DNA of 40,327 nt from a virus (taxonomy: Duplodnaviria > Caudoviricetes). The notes under the pieces are model-generated. The model was given only the letters and a program-made list of their open reading frames with translations, was not told the origin of the DNA and did not search any database. The stretch's first letter is position 1; the number at the start of each line of letters is the position of its first letter. The stretch lies in the IMG/VR virus record IMGVR_UViG_3300020181_000018, positions 1 to 40,327 of that record, one strand, 5' to 3'. The position numbers and the translations under genes are program-made. Positions 33,835 to 40,327 of the stretch are shown piece after piece.

Positions 33835-34014
33835 TTAAGGAATAGGAGTCGGCTTAACTACATAGACGACATCGTCGTCTTTTACAGGAATTGCATCGAA
33901 CTCAGCTCGAGTTCCCTGCCAAAGGCCCTTCACGCCGTTGAGAGCAGAGACTCGGCTCTTAAGTTGCACAGCAATTTCCGCAAACACATCGTCAAGCTCC
34001 TCTCGAACACTCAT
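33835..34014 (-). CDS. Small fibre-associated protein, 59 aa
   Basis: Hand-translated MSVREELDDVFAEIAVQLKSRVSALNGVKGLWQGTRAEFDAIPVKDDDVVYVVKPTPIP*. ATGA overlap. WxGTxAE[FY]DAI..KD motif. Confidence 0.75.
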   Translation of the reverse strand: MSVREELDDVFAEIAVQLKSRVSALNGVKGLWQGTRAEFDAIPVKDDDVVYVVKPTPIP

Positions 34015-34532
34015 GCGAGCGCCGCCAGGAATACGTCACGATAGGAGTGCGCCGGATCTCCAAACTGCACGAGCGAAACAGAACCGATGTTGGCGTTGGC
34101 CTGAACTTTCTCACCAGCTGTGAGAGTCTGCGCGGCATCGAACCGAACACGGTTACCAAGAGCGGTTGTCAGAGCGGCGATGGCGTTGTCATCGGCCGTG
34201 TCGGAAGACGTCAGAAGATCTGCGATCTCCTTAAGCGTATCAACGGTCGGGCCTGCGCCGCCAAGGATCTCTGTCTTCAGTGCTGCGCGAGCATCAGCGA
34301 TCTGAGAATCCGTCTTAGTCGAAGAATATACGGTTGTGGTACGGGCCGTCGTGTCGTCGATCTGTGCGCCGGCGCCCGCCGTCTTAGCATTGACCTCGTT
34401 GATCGCGGCCACGAGGTTTGTCTTGTCAGTGGTAGACAGTGACGCAAGAAGACCCATGATAGTGCGATCGTTCTTGAACTGTGTACCGATCTCGACCATA
34501 ACGAGGTCGAGTTCCTCCTGAGTAGATGCCAT
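34011..34532 (-). CDS. Fibre-like coiled-coil structural protein
   Basis: LSTTDKTNLVAAINEV, DTLKEIAD and QTLTAGEKVQANANIG motifs common in phage fibres. Confidence 0.75.
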   Translation of the reverse strand: MASTQEELDLVMVEIGTQFKNDRTIMGLLASLSTTDKTNLVAAINEVNAKTAGAGAQIDDTTARTTTVYSSTKTDSQIADARAALKTEILGGAGPTVDTLKEIADLLTSSDTADDNAIAALTTALGNRVRFDAAQTLTAGEKVQANANIGSVSLVQFGDPAHSYRDVFLAALA

Positions 34533-34735
34533 TATGCCATTCCATTCTGTAGCATGGTGACAAACCGACCTGCTGCCAGATTGTCATAGACAGGGTGAGG
34601 AGTGGGATCTGCAATATGAGCTGCCAAAAGCGGCTCTTCGCCGGATCCACCGTGCTCCTCAAAGTACTCTTCCACCCCCGCTGCGATCTCTTCCTGAGTC
34701 GGCTTGAGGGAAAAGAGGGGAATACGGGTAGCCAT
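34532..34735 (-). CDS. Small structural or hypothetical protein, 67 aa
   Basis: Start MATRIP at 34735, with TAATG coupling at both ends. HIADPTPHPVY motif. Confidence 0.7.
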   Translation of the reverse strand: MATRIPLFSLKPTQEEIAAGVEEYFEEHGGSGEEPLLAAHIADPTPHPVYDNLAAGRFVTMLQNGMA

Positions 34736-35223
34736 TATCGCTTCCTCCACACATTTCCGCTGGGCACATAAATACCCAAGTCTCCAGACTCTGCTTCGTG
34801 AGGCCACACATCTTCAGCCTCGAGTTGCCACATGAAGGCGCCACCGGTGTAGATGGATCCGTCCTGGGCAAGAAGTGGCTTGTCGGCAGCGACGTTGATC
34901 AGCCACTCAGCTTTGTCGATCTGTTCCTTCTTAGCGGTCAAATCGAACGATGTCGTGGGCGGATCAAAAAGCATGCGTACCGAGAGATACATGTAACTCT
35001 TGACCTGATTAAGCAGCTTGTTACCGCCGAGATAATCAGACCAGACCTTAGTGCTATCCTCAATCTCAAAGCCATCCTTAGGACCGACGCCGAGTTGAGC
35101 AAGTCGCGCGAAAGTAGAGTTGATGTGAATGATGATGTCGGGGTCAAACCGCGTATAATCGTATTCGAGACCAAGGAGTTTCTTGGTCGTGTCCAAAATG
35201 CTGTTCGGAACTGCGGGCATCAT
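34735..35223 (-). CDS. Head-to-tail adaptor with a C-terminal extension
   Basis: SILDTTKKLLG...FDPDIIIHINS...QLGVGP...VKSYMYLSVRMLFDPPT. Confidence 0.75.
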   Translation of the reverse strand: MMPAVPNSILDTTKKLLGLEYDYTRFDPDIIIHINSTFARLAQLGVGPKDGFEIEDSTKVWSDYLGGNKLLNQVKSYMYLSVRMLFDPPTTSFDLTAKKEQIDKAEWLINVAADKPLLAQDGSIYTGGAFMWQLEAEDVWPHEAESGDLGIYVPSGNVWRKR

Positions 35224-35248
35224 CTCTCCTTTCGAAAATTAAGTGTGA

Positions 35249-35283
35249 ACGGTCAGGCTTAGCGAATCCTGTGGCCTGACCGT
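35249..35283. other. Intergenic stem-loop
   Basis: acggtcaggc (35249-35258) pairs with gcctgaccgt (35274-35283). No U-tract. Confidence 0.65.
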
Positions 35284-35308
35284 CCACGTTCCCAAGGTAG
35301 CGGGACCT

Positions 35309-35719
35309 TTACCAGAGCTTTGTATCGCCTGGAGTACGTTCGGTCCACTGCTCTCGGAGGAGTACTCGGGATCCGAAGTGAATAGCGTTATGGGTCTCGT
35401 GCGAGACGAGAACCAAGTTGTCAAGATCGAGAATAAGAGGGTTGAACTCTTCGAAGTCTTTCGGCGTCATCGGAATGATGTGATGCACGATAGGTTTGTC
35501 GAAGATCGGATACCCTTCAAGGCCCAGATCCATACCGTTCTCACGAGATATGACATCCCGTCGAACCGACTTCCATTCAGATGACTGATAGAATCGCTGG
35601 TTCAAATAACGGTCGTGTGCGAAGGTATCATGTCCGACTCCACCACCTAGGACAAGGTAATCGAATCGCTCTTCGAAGGTATTGAGCTGACGCATACCAG
35701 AATAAGTCCTGTTACGCAT
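35309..35719 (-). CDS. HNH endonuclease, packaging-associated
   Basis: Start MRNRTY at 35719. FYQSSEWKSVRRDVISR...VHHIIP...NLVLVSHETHNAIH. Confidence 0.9.
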   Translation of the reverse strand: MRNRTYSGMRQLNTFEERFDYLVLGGGVGHDTFAHDRYLNQRFYQSSEWKSVRRDVISRENGMDLGLEGYPIFDKPIVHHIIPMTPKDFEEFNPLILDLDNLVLVSHETHNAIHFGSRVLLREQWTERTPGDTKLW

Positions 35720-36074
35720 AGTACTCCTCGCCCTCAGGGGGAAGCTCTTCTCCAGAATAACCCTTGAAGGCACGAACCGCGCGCTCAAGAAGCTCTTCCA
35801 TACGATCGCCCTTACCCATCTGCTCTTGGCGAGCATCAAGAAGTCTGTTCTCCTTACGGAGCTTTTCTTCCTCAAGACGTTCACGTGTAGCGCCACGCTT
35901 GAGGAAATAGGTGGTCTCTTGTGATGTCGCAGTACCATCCAGGAGTCGTTTCTCGACCAGATCATAAGCTAGCGCAGTCAGCTGCTGCTCACGTTCCTCT
36001 GGAGTGGTTGCCGGAGGACCGGTGGGCGCATTACTCTGCGTGCTTACATCGGTGGCCTTCCGGCGCGGTGGCAT
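35712..36074 (-). CDS. Terminase small subunit (putative)
   Basis: 120 aa, helical. PATTPEEREQQL..LAYDLVEKRL.DGTATSQ. Upstream of the HNH gene. Confidence 0.65.
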   Translation of the reverse strand: MPPRRKATDVSTQSNAPTGPPATTPEEREQQLTALAYDLVEKRLLDGTATSQETTYFLKRGATRERLEEEKLRKENRLLDARQEQMGKGDRMEELLERAVRAFKGYSGEELPPEGEEYYA

Positions 36075-36094
36075 CTAGAGATCACCTCCTTCTA

Positions 36095-36928
36095 CTAATA
36101 AGTTTCGTTTCTGAGTCTCTCAAAGATAGCAGAACTATCCAGAGCTTCAGCTCCCTTAATAATCATGGCGTGAGCGCCATTTACGAACATCAAAGGTGCT
36201 TTTGCGGCGTAAGAACCACGGCGCTGATCCATCACATCTTGAATACCGTCGTAACCCTTAGACGCAACATACTCAAGGAAAGCACTCTTCTTTGGATCCG
36301 AAATTTGTCGGGTTCGATTGTTAGCGATCATTCGAGCAGTAACGTTAGATCTGACAGTCTTGCGTACACCATTGATGGTAACGGTGGATTTTGTCTTAGG
36401 GACGATTCCGTTAAGGGCTTCATACTCTTTGAAGAGTTTTCTCGCCGTTGCCTTACTAGGAATCTTGATGTCCTTGACGGCTTTCAACTCCGTAGCATAT
36501 ACATCGTTGCTCTTACGTCCTACACTACGAAGAAGTTCCATTGAAAACTTGTCCCTATAGAGGGCATTATCCTTGGGCTTAAACGTAGCAAAGGTGATGC
36601 GATCCAGGTCGAAATCAGTACCGTGCTGATTAACGTTCTGAAGAGAGGATCCCTTAGGAAGATTAATGGGTGCGAACTCGGTATGAAGTTTCTTACCGAT
36701 AACGATGCTCGCGGCTGCAGCTACAGCTATTCCGCCGGCTATCAACAGAGTCTTCTCGGTCCGAATGCGGGCATCCGCTTTAGTCTTAGCTTCCACGTCA
36801 GACATCTTAGTGCGATACGCAGCTTCAAGACGCTCTCGTCGGGATGCTCGAGGGGTTTTCTCTCGAGTGACGCCCCAGCGCATTCCCTTCACGCCATAGT
36901 GTGCAAGAAATGTATCGACGTCGGTCAA
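36095..36928 (-). CDS. HYGVKGMRWG-tag protein 1 (DUF7211-like) with a TM segment and a C-terminal GYDG domain
   Basis: DTFLAHYGVKGMRWGV, LLIAGGIAVAAAASIVIG, KGYDGIQD. TTG start behind AAGGAGGT. Confidence 0.8.
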   Translation of the reverse strand: MTDVDTFLAHYGVKGMRWGVTREKTPRASRRERLEAAYRTKMSDVEAKTKADARIRTEKTLLIAGGIAVAAAASIVIGKKLHTEFAPINLPKGSSLQNVNQHGTDFDLDRITFATFKPKDNALYRDKFSMELLRSVGRKSNDVYATELKAVKDIKIPSKATARKLFKEYEALNGIVPKTKSTVTINGVRKTVRSNVTARMIANNRTRQISDPKKSAFLEYVASKGYDGIQDVMDQRRGSYAAKAPLMFVNGAHAMIIKGAEALDSSAIFERLRNETY

Positions 36929-37009
36929 GAGATCACCTCCTTAAAAGTATCGATTCAAGCATTACTTAGAGCAATACTTTGAGTAAGTCATGAAAGCAAA
37001 TTTTGAAGG

Positions 37010-37160
37010 ATCTGTTTGGGGACTCCCACAAGGGACGCCAGACTTCTAACACGCGCCATAGCGCGAGCTCTTGAAAGGAGAGACCGGGAGAGGGGCTGAT
37101 GAAACCCACGACGGTCTACTTGCGAAGACTGGCGACCCATGAAGGAGTCCCCAAACAGAT
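37010..37160 (-). ncRNA. Candidate structured RNA of about 150 nt
   Basis: 17-bp perfect terminal stem atctgtttggggactcc/ggagtccccaaacagat, continued by GGG-CGCCAG-CTTC helices into a multibranch loop. G-U pairs favour the minus strand. Confidence 0.7.
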
Positions 37161-37696
37161 TACTCGTCCGGATCCTTCTCCGGAACCCAACTAGCGCCGT
37201 CAGGTTCATCGGAGTCTGAATGAGGTCGGACCAACTGTCGCATCCATGCAGGCCTTTCAGGAGGCCCTGGTGGATACGGAATAAGCGCTTCTAGAAGAAG
37301 CACATGTGTGATTGCCTCGTGTCTCTCGTCTTCCAACGATCGGACTCTACGGCTTAGTTTATTAGCCTTTTCCTCCGCAGCTTCTGCTTTGGCGTTTGCC
37401 TCGCTCGCTTTGATTTCAGCGGCGTTAGCTTTTGCCTCTGCGGTTTCTGCTCTCCCCGAAACGGCCGCAAGGGACCTTTCGAACCCCTCGATGATCGCTT
37501 GGAATTGATGCGTCTCGGCTTCCGTTTCCGAAATCGCGACGCTTTTCTCGGTGGTCTTCTGTTGTCCTTTATCACGAAGACGCTGGACAATGCCTGTGGA
37601 GACGACACCGAGAAACACAAAGAATGGGGCAGCCAGAACTAGGAAGAGGATCAAAAGGGGAAAATCCCTAAAGAACTCGATTAGTTCCGGTGACAT
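37160..37696 (-). CDS. Membrane protein with a coiled coil (lysis cassette)
   Basis: N-terminal TM helix, Ala/Glu/Lys heptads, C-terminal PYPPGPPERP. Confidence 0.75.
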   Translation of the reverse strand: MSPELIEFFRDFPLLILFLVLAAPFFVFLGVVSTGIVQRLRDKGQQKTTEKSVAISETEAETHQFQAIIEGFERSLAAVSGRAETAEAKANAAEIKASEANAKAEAAEEKANKLSRRVRSLEDERHEAITHVLLLEALIPYPPGPPERPAWMRQLVRPHSDSDEPDGASWVPEKDPDE

Positions 37697-38207
37697 TACC
37701 CATCACCTCCTTGATCGCTTTGATTCGCTTACTAAGGAGATGCACTCTCAGTATAGGGAAAATAAGGAACGAAAAAGCCATAACTGCCTGAGCACCCGTC
37801 TTGAGAAGATCTCCATCTACGGATCGAAGAATCAATAGGATAGGATAAATCCCAACGAATGAGACGAGAATATATACAACCCCTCGCTCAAGCGTCTTCT
37901 TTGTAATCTGCCTCATCCATTTGGTTTCGAAGAACACAAGCGCCGCTAGAATTGCTGCCGTAATCGACAAACATCCAATGACGCCCGACCAAGCAGTCTG
38001 ATACCAATCGGGAGTGAACTGGGTAATCGTAGGAAGTCCCAGAATAAGTGACGCGACTCCCCACAAGCCATATACGAACCACAATGTGATATACGCAACA
38101 TCCAACCAGCGATCCACGATAAGCGGATCGGAAGGCTTGATTTGCAACCTCATGAGGTTCTTCTTACGTTCTTGTGGGGAATCGTTGTTGTCACTCGGCG
38201 AGCTCAT
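37668..38207 (-). CDS. Four-TM membrane protein, holin candidate
   Basis: Four hydrophobic helices, directly downstream of the endolysin. Confidence 0.7.
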   Translation of the reverse strand: MSSPSDNNDSPQERKKNLMRLQIKPSDPLIVDRWLDVAYITLWFVYGLWGVASLILGLPTITQFTPDWYQTAWSGVIGCLSITAAILAALVFFETKWMRQITKKTLERGVVYILVSFVGIYPILLILRSVDGDLLKTGAQAVMAFSFLIFPILRVHLLSKRIKAIKEVMGNVTGTNRVL

Positions 38208-40062
38208 TCAGCTCACCCGCCAGATCAGTGAACTCCGTCGCAAGGCCCTTAAGGTAGGACTTCTTCACGGAGACCATCTCCTCGACTGGGGGTTCTGGAT
38301 CTACAGGAGGCGTAACCACCGGAGCAAGACCCGTTGCGGGATCGAGCGCACCAGTACGGAAAGCCTCGGCGTAGTACCGTACCTTTGCCTTATCCAGCTG
38401 CGAACAACTCGTCGCGTTGAATTCCTTGTGATGGCGAATCGGCTCGCCCTGAAGTCCCGGGTTGAGCTTCTCCACAAGATAGTGAAGATAACCCATGGTC
38501 CGATAACCCAGCTCGTTGTTAGAGAGTTCCGTAATCATCGGATCGTTCTCACTCTTCCAGGCAAATGGATTGCGCTGGCCAGTCGTGAGTGCGATCTTGT
38601 TGAGAGGGACCATGAGAGTTACGCGTCCCGCCGAAACAACGAAGTTCACCGAGAGGTTGTTCGTGTTTCGAATGTAGGAAACATTGTTATCATGAGAGCC
38701 GCCCTTGCCGGGCTCGCCCCACCAGTGGACATGAGACTCAACGGGATTGTACGGCTTGCCGTAATACTCAGCGAACTTCTTGTTGTGATCAACCGCCTGG
38801 CCGTCCGAATCCAGAACCGTCTCGAAGCGGATCCACGAAGGGAAGTCCGCAGCGGTAGGCGAAGTAAGATTGGGCGTAGCAGCTGCTTCATCAGCAGGAA
38901 CATTCGGCGTAGTCGGATTGGTCGGATCGGGGTCTGCAGGAGTCGGAGGCGCCGGAGTAACCGGAGCGGTCCACGCTGCTTCCCACGTCTTCGTACCGAT
39001 AAGGCCGTCTGGGTTAAGACCCTTCTCCTTCTGGAAGGCGACCACAACTTCTGCGGTGTTACCCTGAGGAGTTGTCGCACCCTTCGGACCATACAGTCCA
39101 TCGACCGTGATTGGCCAGCCGCGATCCTTCATACGCTGCTGGAACATCTTCAGTTCCGCGTTGTACGAATGCCATCCAGAAATACTGTTGTCGCCGCCAC
39201 CCTCAGGTCCGAACCATTTACCCGCGGGAAGCGGGAATGGAGGAACGGTTGGCTGCGCAACGAGCGACGCGGCGAACTTCTCGTGAGAGGCTTGCGTACC
39301 AGGGCCCCACTGACCATCGATGTCGCCGGTGTAACCCCACGCACGAAGGAAAGTTTGATAGCCCTTGATCGCAGCTTCCGTCTTCGGACCCCAGACGCCA
39401 TCGGCTCCGGTGTTACCGAGATCGTAGCCTCGAGAAATAAGCCAAGCTTGCTGAGCCTTGAGAGCTTCGTCAACGGGATTGTTAACTGCGGCGTAGTACT
39501 TAGCGTGAGCCGCCTGAGTACCGTCTCCCCAGATACCGTCGATGTCGCCAGTGTAGCCGTAAGCTCGAAGGAAGGTCTGATACTTCTGAACTGCCGCTGC
39601 ATACCTAGGCCCTGCGATACCGTCAGCACCTGTAGGACCAAGATCGTAGCCACGAGAGATGAGCCAGTTCTGCTGAGCCTGGACCGACGCGCTCGGAGTT
39701 GCTCCGCCACCGTTGCCGCCACCGACGTAGTCGAAGTGGACAGGGTCGCTGTCGGGGAACGAGTGCTTGAATCCGTAGTTCCCACAAATCTGAGCGAAGC
39801 GTCGCCAGTCCGCAAGGTCGACAGCAACGCCCCCGTTACGAACGTGGTTGGATGCAGTCGCCGGCATAGCAGGACGATAAAGATAGGGAGGACGATTGGC
39901 TGCGCCTCCTCGGTTCCATCGATCGATGAGACCCTGCTGTTCAGCTACCGTTCGGCCTGCGGAGTTGACAATAAAGATTCCGTGATCGGCTTCGGCCCTG
40001 TCGAATGCAGCAGCCGCGTCATCTCGCAGCCAGAAGTTGCGGTGATTGCGTAGAGTTGCCAT
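38191..40062 (-). CDS. Endolysin: M15/VanY-like peptidase, PG-binding repeats and an amidase_2-like domain
   Basis: SAGRT...SNH..G.AVD...DPVHF (M15-like). Repeated DG.[WA]G..T PGBD units. Pro-rich linker. HVHWWG...SVNFVV...HHKEFNATSC (amidase-like). Confidence 0.9.
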   Translation of the reverse strand: MATLRNHRNFWLRDDAAAAFDRAEADHGIFIVNSAGRTVAEQQGLIDRWNRGGAANRPPYLYRPAMPATASNHVRNGGVAVDLADWRRFAQICGNYGFKHSFPDSDPVHFDYVGGGNGGGATPSASVQAQQNWLISRGYDLGPTGADGIAGPRYAAAVQKYQTFLRAYGYTGDIDGIWGDGTQAAHAKYYAAVNNPVDEALKAQQAWLISRGYDLGNTGADGVWGPKTEAAIKGYQTFLRAWGYTGDIDGQWGPGTQASHEKFAASLVAQPTVPPFPLPAGKWFGPEGGGDNSISGWHSYNAELKMFQQRMKDRGWPITVDGLYGPKGATTPQGNTAEVVVAFQKEKGLNPDGLIGTKTWEAAWTAPVTPAPPTPADPDPTNPTTPNVPADEAAATPNLTSPTAADFPSWIRFETVLDSDGQAVDHNKKFAEYYGKPYNPVESHVHWWGEPGKGGSHDNNVSYIRNTNNLSVNFVVSAGRVTLMVPLNKIALTTGQRNPFAWKSENDPMITELSNNELGYRTMGYLHYLVEKLNPGLQGEPIRHHKEFNATSCSQLDKAKVRYYAEAFRTGALDPATGLAPVVTPPVDPEPPVEEMVSVKKSYLKGLATEFTDLAGELNELAE

Positions 40063-40133
40063 GGGTTCAACCTCCCTTCAGAGTAGTTGTCTCCTAGTTT
40101 CGTGCAACTCTTTGAAAGTTACAGAGTAGTTTG

Positions 40134-40211
40134 TGGGACCAGTAGGATTCGAACCTACGTGTGGTATACCTGATTTACAGTCAGGCGCAGTCGCCGCTGT
40201 GCCATAGTCCC
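40134..40211 (-). tRNA. tRNA-Tyr (GTA), CCA not encoded
   Basis: GGGACTA/TGGTCCC acceptor stem, CCTGA-CTGTAAA-TCAGG anticodon arm, GTAGG-TTCGAAT-CCTAC T-arm. The 3' end reads ACAA. Confidence 0.93.
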
Positions 40212-40327
40212 TAGTGACTTGCTTGAAGCAAGTCATGAATGCAAAAGGATAGGACGAGAACCCCACAACCTCTAGGGCTATAGGGTAAAAGTACCCCCAA
40301 AAATGTCCCCCGGAGCATTTTTTAGGA

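Noticed and set aside
37090-37130. Hammerhead ribozyme suggested by CTGATGA on the + strand
   Set aside because: No stem II followed by GAAA in the required position, and wobble pairs favour the opposite strand.
36988-37209. 73-aa minus-strand ORF across the structured element
   Set aside because: No SD, it overlaps the upstream gene, and the interval is better explained by extensive base pairing.
38014-40053. 679-aa plus-strand ORF
   Set aside because: Antisense shadow of the endolysin, with Arg/Ser-rich non-protein-like composition.
40078-40266. 62-aa minus-strand ORF
   Set aside because: It spans the tRNA-Tyr gene.
1-40327. Prophage, integrase or IS element
   Set aside because: No recombinase, transposase, repressor or host genes were seen. 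Lifestyle cannot be determined from this window.

Overview
This window is about 40 kb of a tailed siphovirus-type phage of Actinobacteria, with every credible gene on the minus strand. Read from right to left it carries: tRNA-Tyr(GTA); a two-catalytic-domain endolysin and membrane proteins; a small-terminase candidate, HNH and head-tail adaptor; a fibre and PhoD-like phosphatase cluster; large terminase; portal; a fused protease-scaffold-capsid gene; head-tail joining genes; three major-tail paralogues; tape measure; Dit; a Gp37-like tail protein; a holin-like gene. It ends in an accessory/early region (about 1-8700) of promoter-RBS-small ORF-terminator cassettes, WhiB, GNAT, DUF6353-like paralogues, an SPFH protein, a lipoprotein and a secreted protein. 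The layout resembles ReqiPepy6/Poco6-like actinophages, judged from gene order and motifs, not from a search. No integrase, CRISPR array or IS element was seen. The most notable signals are: (1) a ~150-nt structured RNA at 37010-37160 with a 14-nt segment exactly antisense to the RBS of two accessory genes; (2) a tRNA-like RNA at 2784-2887; (3) four proteins sharing an N-terminal F[LF]xH-[YA]GV[KR]GM[KR]WG tag that matches repeated LxH sites in the capsid precursor, suggesting a capsid-targeting and maturation system; (4) seven copies of a promoter-like motif and five copies of a strand-polarised 12-mer. All calls come from reading the sequence and ORF track by eye.
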